A stretch of 64,000 nucleotides of DNA from Bacteroidota bacterium (GCA_016124755.1 WGNA01000004.1:36826-100825), one strand, 5' to 3'; positions 9,266 to 20,074 are shown, numbered from the stretch's first letter. Numbers and translations are program-made. The notes: a model not told the origin generated them from the letters alone.

Positions 9266-11062
9266 TTAGTTCGATCGGTATAACCAGGCGTTGGTTACGG
9301 TTCTGCGAATTTCCCGGTTTCGATTGAGTGCAGTGGAATAATCGGTACCGGCGAATTCTGCGATTCGGTAACGGGTGCCGTTGTCTTCCTTAATTGCGAT
9401 AATCTCGGATTTTGGAAAGGTGTTTTTCCATTTGGCCCAATACGACTGCGCAAATTCGTACGACGTTGTAGAACCCAAAACGACGTAATAACCGCCGGAA
9501 ACCGGAGGATTTGTTTCTGTGTTAGGCGCCGTATTGCCGGTATGGTTTGAAATAGATTCGGCTGGTTTCTCGGTTTTCGCAGGAGATGTAACCTTTGGAT
9601 AAACCGGCTGAACCTCTGAGCCGGAAGATTTCGGAGAAGAACTGTTCGTGGAAGCTACAGGGGTTTCGCTTGTTTTAATAATTAGTTCTAATGGATTTAA
9701 ACCTAAGGTTAGCAGATCAACGGTGGTTGACAAAACATTTCGCCCCTGATAGTATACTTCAACCTCCCAGTTGTATATCTGTTTGTCGAGCGAAATCTGA
9801 AAAGATCCGTCGGTTTGAGTTAAAGCGAATCGGCCATTAACCACGTTGGCGGCACGGAATAAAACCCGTGCTTGTGCAATTCCCATTCGGTCCGTATCGA
9901 ACACTTTTCCGGTGAGCATTTCTCCGGTTGGCTGTGAAACCGTGATGTTAAAAATATTTGGCTGACCGTTTTTTCCGCAAACCATGATTGCCTCTGATGG
10001 TGTGAAGTCGAGAATCTGGTAGTCATTCTTTGTGCTGTTAAACGGTGCGTCAATTCCACGGATAACCGATCTGTCGGGAGCAGAAATAAAAACATCGTAA
10101 CCACCTCTTCCTGGATGACCGTTTGATGAAAAGCTCAGTTGATTCTGATAAAGTTGCGGGAGTATTTCGTTCTTCTCGGTATTAAAAACGGCTCCCATAT
10201 TTTTAACATTAATCCAGTCTTTGCCGTCAAATTCTACGGAATACAAATCGAAACCGCCGAAACCGCCCGAACGATCACTGCTAAAAATCAGTTTCTTCTC
10301 TTCTTCTAAATAATACGGATGAATGTAGTTCGCCAGGTGTTCCCCCAATTCGAGACGTACGGCCTTTTTCCATTTGTTTTTTTTCTGCGGAATCCAGTAA
10401 AGCGAATAATATCCTTCCGGCTCTTTGTAACTAAAGATATAACCGGATTTTCCGGGGCCTTCACAAATTGAAGCGAGCCGTTCGGGTTCATCCACCGGAA
10501 TCGTAACCTCCGAAATATCTGCCAGTCTTCCACAACTCAGATTAACTCTTGAAGGGTGACCTTCGATGCTCAACAGTGCAGAATTTCTTCCGGTGAGATT
10601 TCCATAAACCGAAGTGTATCGTGTGAGTTGATTTTTTACCGGAGTTCCGGAGATGCCGGTATTCGAGCGCATTTGTTCCCAAAGAATGAGGAAACTTCTG
10701 TTGTCGGGAACCTTGTTGATGTACAACTGGTAGAACTCGCGGGCCAGACTCTCTTTTCCGTTCATCGCAAGACAAATCGCCAGTTCTTTGAAATCCAAAT
10801 CACTGCACATGGGCTGATCGATCACCTGAAGGAAATACTGCTCGGCTTCCTGATACCGGTCGAGTCGGTAATAATTTCGGGCGAGACTCAGGATAAATGG
10901 TACCTGTGCCTTTTGTCCCTGATTCTGAATTAAACCTTCAACCGTTTTAATTTCATCTTTATACTGAGCCTGTTGCTGAGCAAGTTCAGGAAACTGGGCT
11001 AAAGCCAAATCTCCCATTAAAATAAAACAACACAGGCAATAGAAAATACGCACAATAGTCAA
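9266..11062 (-). CDS. secreted TPR / TolB-like / SPOR-domain protein
   Basis: Signal peptide, TPR-like N-terminus, PD40-like FSSDRSGGFGGFDLY motif, and a C-terminal SPOR-like peptidoglycan-binding domain (GYYVVLGSTTSYEFAQSYWAKWKN). Confidence 0.6.
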   Translation of the reverse strand: MTIVRIFYCLCCFILMGDLALAQFPELAQQQAQYKDEIKTVEGLIQNQGQKAQVPFILSLARNYYRLDRYQEAEQYFLQVIDQPMCSDLDFKELAICLAMNGKESLAREFYQLYINKVPDNRSFLILWEQMRSNTGISGTPVKNQLTRYTSVYGNLTGRNSALLSIEGHPSRVNLSCGRLADISEVTIPVDEPERLASICEGPGKSGYIFSYKEPEGYYSLYWIPQKKNKWKKAVRLELGEHLANYIHPYYLEEEKKLIFSSDRSGGFGGFDLYSVEFDGKDWINVKNMGAVFNTEKNEILPQLYQNQLSFSSNGHPGRGGYDVFISAPDRSVIRGIDAPFNSTKNDYQILDFTPSEAIMVCGKNGQPNIFNITVSQPTGEMLTGKVFDTDRMGIAQARVLFRAANVVNGRFALTQTDGSFQISLDKQIYNWEVEVYYQGRNVLSTTVDLLTLGLNPLELIIKTSETPVASTNSSSPKSSGSEVQPVYPKVTSPAKTEKPAESISNHTGNTAPNTETNPPVSGGYYVVLGSTTSYEFAQSYWAKWKNTFPKSEIIAIKEDNGTRYRIAEFAGTDYSTALNRNREIRRTVTNAWLYRSN

Positions 11063-11157
11063 TTAGCTAAACACAAATTAAAGGATAAACATGAAGTTAG
11101 CAGACTCGTCGGGACAGCAGCCTTCAACATTCTGCTCACAATTTTCGGACGTCTATC

Positions 11158-12087
11158 TCAGAAGGCAACCCATTGTAAACGGAAGTCGTTCGTTGTGGAA
11201 TTCCACATCATAGCAGGCATCGGAAATTTAATGCAGTTCAACATGCGCATTGCGATTTTCCATCCGCGTTTTTTAAATGGTAGTCGGGTTAAATCAATAT
11301 CAGGAGATAAATACCATTGACGGGTTTGTGCAATGTCGCGGCGATCGTGTAACCAGCCATTTTGATAATAAAGATTGTCATCTGAACTCACGAAACCGTC
11401 CATGCCATAACCCACCGCCATGTTCAGCCATTTCGGGAATTTGGTTTCCGGCTTCATAAAGGAGGCAATGTTTCCGGAAAGCCAGTACGTCTGTCCGTTA
11501 TAATCTTTAAAAACGTGTTCAATAAAATTATGTCCTAAAAGTTCCGGACGTATATCCGGATAGTGCGTCGGTTGAAATGAAAACTTCAACCAGATGCGTT
11601 GTTCGTCCCAGAACCAGGATTGAGAAATGCAAAGTGATGCCCCGGTAACATTGGCTATCATGTCTCCATACGACGCACCCCATTCCTGTGAAAATCCATC
11701 CATTACCTCTATTCCGGTCTGAATAAAAAAACCGTACGCGCCGCCAATCAGTATAGATTTTTTGCGACTAAAACCGGCCCACTTCAACATGTCGATTCCC
11801 ACAACGCCTTCGTAATAGCAACTGAAAGTGTGGCCTACTTTATCCATTTGATTCCATTCGTGATTGTCGTTGTAGAAATGAAACTTGACAATCGGATAAT
11901 CGCGGTACCACAGGTTGTAAAGTCCGGTCATAGCCGAAACATACGACGCGGAGTTGCCGATTACAAGCCACTTCTTCCGGTTGAACGGGCGGTGTATCAG
12001 GGAATCGGTTTGCGCATTGGAAAACCCTGAAGTAAAGAGGACGAGAAATACCAGGCTAAGAGCCGAGAATAGTTTCTTTGGTAACAT
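11158..12087 (-). CDS. DUF2279-like secreted/lipoprotein
   Basis: Signal peptide and Trp/Tyr-rich composition resembling the Bacteroidota DUF2279 family. This is a weak call. Confidence 0.35.
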   Translation of the reverse strand: MLPKKLFSALSLVFLVLFTSGFSNAQTDSLIHRPFNRKKWLVIGNSASYVSAMTGLYNLWYRDYPIVKFHFYNDNHEWNQMDKVGHTFSCYYEGVVGIDMLKWAGFSRKKSILIGGAYGFFIQTGIEVMDGFSQEWGASYGDMIANVTGASLCISQSWFWDEQRIWLKFSFQPTHYPDIRPELLGHNFIEHVFKDYNGQTYWLSGNIASFMKPETKFPKWLNMAVGYGMDGFVSSDDNLYYQNGWLHDRRDIAQTRQWYLSPDIDLTRLPFKKRGWKIAMRMLNCIKFPMPAMMWNSTTNDFRLQWVAF

Positions 12088-13459
12088 TTAAGATGTTGAA
12101 TGCTGCTTCGGAAGACTCCGCTTCGGCATAAACCCTTAGTACAGGCTCAGTGCCCGATGGCCGGATCATAACCCAACGGTCGTCTCCCAGATGATACTTA
12201 AAGCCGTCGAGGTCTTCCACCTTTCCGACTTTGAAACTTCCAAATTGTGTATAGAAATTATTGTGGCATTTTTCAACGATTTCATCTTTCTGAGCGGCGC
12301 TGATGTGCAGGTCGTAACGCTCCACAGCAAAAGATCCGGTAATGGCATAAATGTCTTCGATCAATTCGTTCAAAGACTTTCCGCTCTTTGCCATAAACTC
12401 CCAGATCACCAATCCGATCCAGATTCCGTCTCTTTCCGGAATATGCCCTTTGATGGCAATTCCCCCGGACTCTTCCGCACCAATTAAAACATCATCATTC
12501 ACCATGATGTCGCAGATATATTTGAATCCGATTTTAGTGGTTTGGGCCTCAAGACCGTAGTGAGCGCAAAGTTTGTCGATTCTTGAAGAGCACGAAAAAC
12601 TCTTGACAACCTTGCCTCCCATTCCCTGAACTTTATGCAGGTAGTGGATCAGGAGCAAAATAATATGGTGGGAGTCTATAAACTCTCCGCTATTGTTATA
12701 CAAACCAATGCGGTCGGCATCGCCGTCGGTTGCGAGTCCGCTGTCGATGTCTTCTGCCAGTTCAATCAGTTCACTGAATTCAAGCAGATTTTTATGAATC
12801 GGTTCGGGAGCCTGGCCGTCAAATCCCGGATTGTGTTCGCAATGCAAAAAGGTGATGTCAGGAAATAATCTCCTCATCACATCCTGACCGGCACCATACA
12901 TAGCATCGTACGCAAACTGGAGTTCTCCGCTTCTGAGGAGTTTCATGTCGAACGCTTTTTCAACTGCGTCTGCGTATATACTTTCCATATCAACCACCCG
13001 AATGTTTCCGGTGCTCAAAAGTTCTTCGTACGAATGACCCGAAGCGGTAGTGTCCGGAATTAACGATTCAACTTCTGCTATCACATTGGGTGATGCCGGA
13101 CCACCATAAGTCGCTTTTAGTTTAAAACCATTGTAGTCGGGCGGATTATGACTTGCGGTAATTACGATTCCCAATGAACATCCGTTAATATGGGTGCACA
13201 TAGAAACCATGGGAGTGGTTATGGGAACTTCACTTACAAGACATTCAATTCCGTGTTTGCACATGATTTCAGCGGTGGACTTCATGAACATCAATCCGCC
13301 AAAACGGCAATCAAAACCAATAGCCACTTTTGGGGCAGCTTTATTATTAAGAATCCATAATGCAGTTGCCTCAGCAACTCGTTTAACGTTTTCGACTGTA
13401 TAATTAAGCGCAATGATGTCGCGCCAGCCGTCGGTTCCGAATTTAATTGGGTAAGTCAT
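12056..13459 (-). CDS. phosphoglucomutase/phosphomannomutase family protein
   Basis: Active-site TASHNPPDYNG, metal-binding DGDADR and GGEESGG motifs. The likely start is the internal MTYPIKFGTDGWR, which trims the ORF-track extension. Confidence 0.85.
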   Translation of the reverse strand: MTYPIKFGTDGWRDIIALNYTVENVKRVAEATALWILNNKAAPKVAIGFDCRFGGLMFMKSTAEIMCKHGIECLVSEVPITTPMVSMCTHINGCSLGIVITASHNPPDYNGFKLKATYGGPASPNVIAEVESLIPDTTASGHSYEELLSTGNIRVVDMESIYADAVEKAFDMKLLRSGELQFAYDAMYGAGQDVMRRLFPDITFLHCEHNPGFDGQAPEPIHKNLLEFSELIELAEDIDSGLATDGDADRIGLYNNSGEFIDSHHIILLLIHYLHKVQGMGGKVVKSFSCSSRIDKLCAHYGLEAQTTKIGFKYICDIMVNDDVLIGAEESGGIAIKGHIPERDGIWIGLVIWEFMAKSGKSLNELIEDIYAITGSFAVERYDLHISAAQKDEIVEKCHNNFYTQFGSFKVGKVEDLDGFKYHLGDDRWVMIRPSGTEPVLRVYAEAESSEAAFNILNVTKETILGS

Positions 13460-13460
13460 T

Positions 13461-14603
13461 TTAATTGTCTGTTTCCTCTGTTTCTGCAACCCGGGTAATT
13501 TTATTCCAGTCGGCATGCAGCAACGCATTTTGGTAGGGTTTGTTCAGATATGCCGGAACAATTTCGTCATTGATCCGCTTTAATGTGAACTCATAATTTT
13601 TCTCGCGAATCGCTTCCGTAAGCGGTTTAAACTGAACCAGCAAACCCAGCTTGTCAAGATCATCTGTTGTGAGATCTTTCAATGGTTGGTTATTAACATA
13701 AATGCGGAAAAGCTTTGAGCCGTAATGTATTTCCCTGTCTTTCTTTTCCCAGATTTCAACGGTTTCAATTTTAGTAACTTTCAGCACGGTCTTCATATCG
13801 AAGTGGGAAATTACCGGTTCGGAAGTGAGGTTGAAATACTCGTGTCGGTTTTCTGAAAAGTAGTTGTCGAGAGATTGAAATATCCAGTAATTGAGATCTG
13901 ATGGCGTAAATCCCGGATAAATCGAAAACTCAATTTCCTTGATTTGTGCTAACGGCAACGCATTGGTTTTCATTTTAGGATTCGAAAAAACCTCATCGCG
14001 GAGATTGAAGGATTTAGCCGGATTAGACGTAAGATCCTTATTCCCGAATTTCACAACCTGAAACTGATATTGTTTGCAGTTTAACGCCGTCCAGAAATTG
14101 AGATGCGCGGTTCCGTTTGAACCCGTTGGTATTATTTCTTTGGTTAAAACCCCTAAAGCTTCTTCAACATCGATGTAACCAAAATTTACTTTTTCTCCAT
14201 TTGGAAGTCTTCTGAAAAACGATATTCCAAATATCTGAAACTCGAAGTCGTGATGATTGAGTTTCCAGAATTCATACAGAAAAATATCTTCGTTATCTAA
14301 GAACGAAACGTTGTTCTGCGTTTCCATCAGATTAAGCGCAACCTTGCTGATCTTTAGTTTTTTTGCAGGCGAATCCCAGAGTGTGATCTGATCCAGAGCA
14401 ATTTTTCGATACACCATTCCGGTGAGTTGATCCACTAATGAAAATCCTAATGAATCGGGTTGATTGAACTTACTCACCTGAAGTAAAACCGGTGTCGGGT
14501 CGTAACTCGCAGCATTTGCGATTCCTCCCCAAATCAGCAAAAACACGAACAGGATTTTATTCCGGTTTCGCATTTTCATTTTGATTCGGGTTTGGTTTTT
14601 CAT
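13461..14603 (-). CDS. hypothetical secreted protein
   Basis: N-terminal signal peptide (ILFVFLLIWGGIANA) and no motif I recognise. Confidence 0.5.
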   Translation of the reverse strand: MKNQTRIKMKMRNRNKILFVFLLIWGGIANAASYDPTPVLLQVSKFNQPDSLGFSLVDQLTGMVYRKIALDQITLWDSPAKKLKISKVALNLMETQNNVSFLDNEDIFLYEFWKLNHHDFEFQIFGISFFRRLPNGEKVNFGYIDVEEALGVLTKEIIPTGSNGTAHLNFWTALNCKQYQFQVVKFGNKDLTSNPAKSFNLRDEVFSNPKMKTNALPLAQIKEIEFSIYPGFTPSDLNYWIFQSLDNYFSENRHEYFNLTSEPVISHFDMKTVLKVTKIETVEIWEKKDREIHYGSKLFRIYVNNQPLKDLTTDDLDKLGLLVQFKPLTEAIREKNYEFTLKRINDEIVPAYLNKPYQNALLHADWNKITRVAETEETDN

Positions 14604-14607
14604 GTTG

Positions 14608-15858
14608 TCAGGCGAAGGCGTTTTCTCCGGTGATTTCCATTCCTAAAATCAGCAGATGTATGTCGTGTGTTCCTTCATACGTAATTACCGATTCGAGATT
14701 TGCCATGTGTCGCATAATCGGATATTCTCCGGTTATACCCATGGCTCCGTGAATCTGTCGGGCTTCCCGTGCAATGTTCAGAGCCATTGCAACATTGTTT
14801 CGCTTGGCCAGACTAATTTGTGCCGGAGTTGCTTTTCCGTCGTTCATTAATGTACCAAGTCTCCAGCAGAGCAATTGAGCTTTGGTGATTTCGGTTAGCA
14901 TTTCAGCAAGCTTCTTTTGTTGCAACTGAAACGACCCGATGGGTTTGCCGAACTGATGTCTTTGTTTAGAATATTTCACTGCCGACTCGTAACAATCCAT
15001 GGCCGCTCCGATGGCTCCCCAACTAATTCCGTATCGCGCAGAATTGAGACAGGTAAGTGGTCCTTTTAGTCCGCGAACTCCCGGAAGGATGTTCTCCTCC
15101 GGAATTTCAACATTATCGAAAACCAATTCGCCGGTAGCCGAAGCTCTTAGGCTCCATTTGTTGTGTGTTTCCGGAGTGGTGAAACCTTTCATTCCGCGTT
15201 CGGCAATTACCCCGATTACTTTTCCATCATCGGCTTTAGCCCAAACAACAGCTATGTCGGCAAACGGCGCGTTGCTGATCCACATTTTGGATCCATTGAG
15301 AATGTATTTGCCGTTGATGTTTTTCAAGGTGGTTCGCATGCCGCCCGGATCAGAACCGTGATCGGGTTCCGTTAGGCCGAAACAGCCCATGTATTCTCCG
15401 GTTGCAAGCTTTGGTAAATACTTTCTTTTTTGTTCTTCTGAGCCAAATTTATAAATCGGGTACATCACTAATGAACCCTGAACACTGGCGGTTGAACGAA
15501 TACCGGAATCGCCTCTTTCTAATTCCTGCATTGCGAGTCCGTATGAAATATAATCGAGTCCGCCGCCTCCGTATTCTGCTGGAATCTGTGGCCCGAAACA
15601 ACCAACTTCACCCAAACCTTTAATGATGTGATGCGGGAAAACTGCTTCCTGACAGCAGGCCTCGATAATGGGAGAAATTTCTCTTTTAACCCAATCCCGA
15701 ACCGAATCACGAATCAGTTTGTGCTCTTCGGTCAACAAGTCATCGACAGCGTAAAAATCGGGATGTTGAAATGTATCCTGACCTTTCTTCTCCTCCTTCA
15801 GTGCGTTGAAATCCAAAGTCATGCAGCCATTTTTAAATAGATTTGCAAAAATAGCCAA
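14608..15858 (-). CDS. acyl-CoA dehydrogenase (glutaryl-CoA dehydrogenase-like)
   Basis: Acyl-CoA dehydrogenase N-terminal, middle and C-terminal signatures (GCFGLTEPDHGSDPGGM, YEGTHDIH). The true start may be the internal Met at about 15822. Confidence 0.85.
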   Translation of the reverse strand: MAIFANLFKNGCMTLDFNALKEEKKGQDTFQHPDFYAVDDLLTEEHKLIRDSVRDWVKREISPIIEACCQEAVFPHHIIKGLGEVGCFGPQIPAEYGGGGLDYISYGLAMQELERGDSGIRSTASVQGSLVMYPIYKFGSEEQKRKYLPKLATGEYMGCFGLTEPDHGSDPGGMRTTLKNINGKYILNGSKMWISNAPFADIAVVWAKADDGKVIGVIAERGMKGFTTPETHNKWSLRASATGELVFDNVEIPEENILPGVRGLKGPLTCLNSARYGISWGAIGAAMDCYESAVKYSKQRHQFGKPIGSFQLQQKKLAEMLTEITKAQLLCWRLGTLMNDGKATPAQISLAKRNNVAMALNIAREARQIHGAMGITGEYPIMRHMANLESVITYEGTHDIHLLILGMEITGENAFA

Positions 15859-15890
15859 ACGATTTGTTCGGGCTGTTTACGTAAGATTAA

Positions 15891-16247
15891 TTGTCGTTGA
15901 AGAAAATACTGCAGGTTCACAACTTCCGGGTGAAAGCCCCTTTGGGGTTTTATGAAGAAGAGCGCATTCTGGGTACAGAACTGAGATTTGATCTGAAATT
16001 CTGTTTTAGAAATACCCAATCCATTGAACATCTGGATCAGACTATTGATTACGAGGAAGTGTGTGCAATCATCAGAAGGCAAATGAAAAACGAATACCAA
16101 CTGATTGAGAGAGCGGCAGAAGATGTTTATAAAGAAATCGAAAACCGGTTTGGGAATCTTGCCCGGATCGAACTCATTCTCTCCAAACTTAATCCACCAA
16201 TAAACGGACTTGGTTCCACATCTTTCACGATTGGTAATACCGATTAA
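15891..16247 (+). CDS. folB: dihydroneopterin aldolase
   Basis: Size is 118 aa and FolB-like conserved blocks are present (LGFYEEER, IDYEEV, LIERAAEDV). Confidence 0.7.
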   Translation: MSLKKILQVHNFRVKAPLGFYEEERILGTELRFDLKFCFRNTQSIEHLDQTIDYEEVCAIIRRQMKNEYQLIERAAEDVYKEIENRFGNLARIELILSKLNPPINGLGSTSFTIGNTD

Positions 16248-16262
16248 TATTGCAACATAATC

Positions 16263-18821
16263 ATGCAGTTTAAATTCACTTTACTTCTGTTGCTCGTTTC
16301 TCTTTTTTCATGCACCCAGGTGTCGAACAAAAGTCCCTTCGTTCTCGAACAGGAAGTGGAAGATCTCGAGCAGGAGTGGGAGAAAACCCGCGATCCGAAA
16401 ACGGGGAGAGTTGAAAGTCTGCGGCTCTGGAAATATTTGTTAAATCAGAAGAGTTTTCTGGGTGCAGGCGGTTTTAACAAAGCACGATTTTACCCGAATT
16501 CCTGGAGTGCCGTCGATGATTTTTTCGCGAATCTATCGGTTCAAAGAATTGTTTACGATCCGCGAAACCCTTTAACGATGTACTTCTGTACCGGTGAAGG
16601 CTGGAATAATGCAGACGCAGCCAGAGGAGCAGGTGTCTGGAAATCTGTAAATGGCGGAGAAACTTGGATTCAGCTTTCCAGCACTCTCAATGATTCATTC
16701 TCCTATTGTCACGACATGCTTGTTCATCCGCTGACTTCGGATATTTATGTTGCCACACGTGTCGGTGGTTTAATGCGCAGCGAAGACGGAGGGAATTCAT
16801 GGATGCAGGTTTTAGGTGCCGGAAACGGATCGAAATACAATACCACAACCGACATTGAACTTACGGCAGACAATGAATTAGTGGTTTGTATCGGGAACTT
16901 TAATACGGATGGAATTTATTTCTCAGCCAATGGAGATGCCGGTAGCTGGGAACAAAGAATGAATGGATTTCCGCACTCAATCCGGCGGGTAGAACTGGCA
17001 ACGGCCCCATCCAACGCTAATTACATGTATGCCATACCAACCAGTTCTAGCACTTCCGATTCAAACCGGATTGTCGGAGTTTATAAATCGGTTGATAAGG
17101 GAATGAGCTGGACATCGGTTTCCCTTCCGGGCGGTGATAAAAACTTTGCTAAAATTCAGGGTTGGTACGATCTCATTATTAAAGTAGACCCGAATGATGA
17201 AAAGGTTTTGTTGGTTGGCGGTCTCAATGTTTACAGAAGCCGGGATGCCGGAGACTCCTGGCAGCAGCTTTTCGAAGGGCAGAAGAATGTGAAGACAACG
17301 CTTCCGTATGTTCATGTGGATCAGCACGAAATTGTTTTTAAAAATTCGGATACCGTGATGTTCGGTAACGACGGTGGTATTTATATGTCGCCGGATATGC
17401 TGGCCGACACTCCTTCTTTTGTGAATCTCAATGACAATTACAACGTCACCCAATTTTATTCCTGTGCCCGGGAGAATGTTTCAGGTTCGCAAAGAATTAT
17501 CGGTGGCGCTCAGGATAACGGTTCGTTGGGTTCTACAGCGAATGGAATTTCACCTTTTGATCAACTTTCCTGGGCAGACGGAAGTTATTGCAACATAAAT
17601 CATAAAGATCCGGAGATCTATTTTACCACAACTCAGTATCAGCGGGTTTACCGGTTCAATCACGGGAATATCGACACCATTGCCAACCGCAAACTCAATA
17701 AAGACAATACCGAATTTATTAATCCGATTGAGATCGATCCCAATAATCCGGAGATTCTCTACCAATTGAGTGGAATCGGACTATGGAGAATGGATCATGC
17801 ATCCACCGATTCGAGAACCGGATGGATACAATGCAGCCGGGCGTTCGGAAGTTTTACGGCGATTGGCATTTCTACCAATGTCGCGAACACCGTTTTTATT
17901 GGCAGGAACAGCGGTGGCAGAATTTACCGGATCGACAATGCTACCCAAACCGACGAGACATATTTCCCGGTGAGCGCCGACCCAACGGGATCGCTTCCAT
18001 CGGCCGCGTATTGCAATTGTATTTATGTGGATCCCAAAGATGCGAACCACGTGATATCGGTTTATTCTAATTACGGTGTGGAGAGTGTTTGGGAAAGTAA
18101 AAATGCATTAGATGCCACCCCGATCTGGAAAAGTCAGGAAGGCGATCTTCCGGATATTCCTGTTCGCTGGGCTGCGCTGCATCCGAAGAATCCGGCGGTT
18201 TGCTACATCGCAACAGAAGCCGGCGTTATGATGACGAACAACCTGAATGACTCGAATACAAAATGGGTGTCGGTTAATACCGGACTTGCAAATCTTAAAG
18301 TCAATATGATCAGGCTGCGAGAATCGGATATGTCTCTGGTTGCTGCAACACACGGAAGAGGAATGTTCACAGGGAAAATTCAAGCGGACTACACGGTGAA
18401 ATGGGAGGAGCGGGGGCCGATGAATGTTGGCGGCAGAACCCGAACTATCCTTTTTGATCCGAATGATCCGTCGGGTAAAAAACTCTGGGCGGGAAGCGTT
18501 TCCGGTGGTTTGTGGGTGGTGCGGAATTTTGATTCCATTCCGCATTACGAGGAAGTTGTAGCGTCTGAATTTAAAGTGTTTGTTGGCGCAAATCCAATTC
18601 AAGGCAATTTGCTTAGCGTATTTATTGAAAGTGACCGAGCAGAATTGGTGGAACTGGAAATTTACAACGTTTCGGGTCAGCTCATTTTTGAAAGAAGTGT
18701 AAATTCCGTCGTGGGCAAACTCGATGAACAGCTTGATGTAACGATGCTGCGATCCGGAATTTATTTTCTACGCGTTCATTACCGAAAAAAATACAAGACC
18801 ATCCGCTTGTTGAAACTGTAA
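16263..18821 (+). CDS. secreted BNR/Asp-box beta-propeller protein with T9SS C-terminal sorting domain
   Basis: Asp-box motifs (SVNGGETW, SEDGGNSW, SVDKGMSW, SRDAGDSW) and a type-A CTD tail (LEIYNVSGQLIFE...SGIYFLRVHYRKKYKTIRLLKL). Confidence 0.7.
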   Translation: MQFKFTLLLLLVSLFSCTQVSNKSPFVLEQEVEDLEQEWEKTRDPKTGRVESLRLWKYLLNQKSFLGAGGFNKARFYPNSWSAVDDFFANLSVQRIVYDPRNPLTMYFCTGEGWNNADAARGAGVWKSVNGGETWIQLSSTLNDSFSYCHDMLVHPLTSDIYVATRVGGLMRSEDGGNSWMQVLGAGNGSKYNTTTDIELTADNELVVCIGNFNTDGIYFSANGDAGSWEQRMNGFPHSIRRVELATAPSNANYMYAIPTSSSTSDSNRIVGVYKSVDKGMSWTSVSLPGGDKNFAKIQGWYDLIIKVDPNDEKVLLVGGLNVYRSRDAGDSWQQLFEGQKNVKTTLPYVHVDQHEIVFKNSDTVMFGNDGGIYMSPDMLADTPSFVNLNDNYNVTQFYSCARENVSGSQRIIGGAQDNGSLGSTANGISPFDQLSWADGSYCNINHKDPEIYFTTTQYQRVYRFNHGNIDTIANRKLNKDNTEFINPIEIDPNNPEILYQLSGIGLWRMDHASTDSRTGWIQCSRAFGSFTAIGISTNVANTVFIGRNSGGRIYRIDNATQTDETYFPVSADPTGSLPSAAYCNCIYVDPKDANHVISVYSNYGVESVWESKNALDATPIWKSQEGDLPDIPVRWAALHPKNPAVCYIATEAGVMMTNNLNDSNTKWVSVNTGLANLKVNMIRLRESDMSLVAATHGRGMFTGKIQADYTVKWEERGPMNVGGRTRTILFDPNDPSGKKLWAGSVSGGLWVVRNFDSIPHYEEVVASEFKVFVGANPIQGNLLSVFIESDRAELVELEIYNVSGQLIFERSVNSVVGKLDEQLDVTMLRSGIYFLRVHYRKKYKTIRLLKL

Positions 18822-19967
18822 TTATTTCCCGGCTTTAAAAGTGTTCTGAAATATCCTTTGGTACAAATGGTAAAGGAGTTCAAATAAACTGTATCGCTGG
18901 TTATGATACCAACGCAGAAATTTTTTCCGCTTTTGAAGCTGCCAACGATTTTCCTTTAAAACATTTGTTGCGGGCCCGTACGAAATTTCATTTCCCGGAT
19001 TATTCCAGATCACGTTCAGCTCGGCAGGTTTAAAGTCGAGCCCAAAAGTTTTAACCGGATTTTTCATGGGTTTAATGGTCACCACATTTTTGGCGTGATA
19101 GAATTTCTTGGTGCCATTAAGATCGAATTCTGTAAAAACAGAATCCGGCAGCAGTTCTTTAAAACTTTCCGGTTCCAGTTCATACCACGCATCGTACTTG
19201 AGCAATGGTCGATTAGGAATTTTCGGAACATTGTCGTGCAGCGGTATATAGCATTGTGCGAGATGCCTGTCGTCTGTTCCCCTGAAATGCGCACCCTTTT
19301 CCCCGAATACCGTTAATCCGGAAATCACCGGAAACATTAAATACTTTTTGTTTGCAATTAGGTATTTCGTGAACCGCGATTCCCAGGCATGACTTCCATA
19401 ACTGTCGAGATGTGGAGGATAATCCAGATTAAAACTGTTGTGTTTGTTCTGTAACCAGTTATAACAATCGCCGGCCTGTTTGCCTGTCATGAACAAACCA
19501 TATGAAGAAATTCGAGTAAGTAAGTAATAACCATCGCCGCGATCAACCGGCTGAAAAGGCAACCGGGTTATCGGATGAAGACTGTAATTGTGAAGGCTGT
19601 ATCCGGCACAGTCAGCATCCGAATTAATAAATTCTTCCACAAGTCGGAAACCTCTTCGGGTAATATAATGATCGTCCTCTAAAAAGAGATTGAATGCATA
19701 ATCAGAAGCAAGTTTTAAACAGAATTCAACATGCTGATCAACGCCGAGATTGCGCTCCTGCCGGATTACTTTTTTTAAACCAAAAGGCCAGTTCCATTCT
19801 TCGAAAATGAAATCATGATCCGGATGATAGTTTCCGTCGAGACAAAGAGTTACATCTGCAACCGGATTGAGATTTTGACAGGAAGCATCAATTGATAGGA
19901 GCAATCGCCTGAATGATTCCGGGCGGTTGTAAGCAATCAGAATAATATGGAAAGGAGTGGTGCTCAA
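18822..19967 (-). CDS. GT-A fold glycosyltransferase-like protein
   Basis: N-terminus HIILIAYNRPESFRRLL resembles the GT2 IIIPTYNR block, and an acidic FLEDDHY DXD-like motif is present. Assignment is tentative. Confidence 0.4.
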   Translation of the reverse strand: MSTTPFHIILIAYNRPESFRRLLLSIDASCQNLNPVADVTLCLDGNYHPDHDFIFEEWNWPFGLKKVIRQERNLGVDQHVEFCLKLASDYAFNLFLEDDHYITRRGFRLVEEFINSDADCAGYSLHNYSLHPITRLPFQPVDRGDGYYLLTRISSYGLFMTGKQAGDCYNWLQNKHNSFNLDYPPHLDSYGSHAWESRFTKYLIANKKYLMFPVISGLTVFGEKGAHFRGTDDRHLAQCYIPLHDNVPKIPNRPLLKYDAWYELEPESFKELLPDSVFTEFDLNGTKKFYHAKNVVTIKPMKNPVKTFGLDFKPAELNVIWNNPGNEISYGPATNVLKENRWQLQKRKKFLRWYHNQRYSLFELLYHLYQRIFQNTFKAGK

Positions 19968-20074
19968 TGCGGCAATATTACGATTTCAGTCCGCAAAAGA
20001 TTTTTAATAAAGTCTATCAATTGCTGAATTCCATAAATTATCATTCCCCAATTCATCTTAAGTGAGGTTTACAT

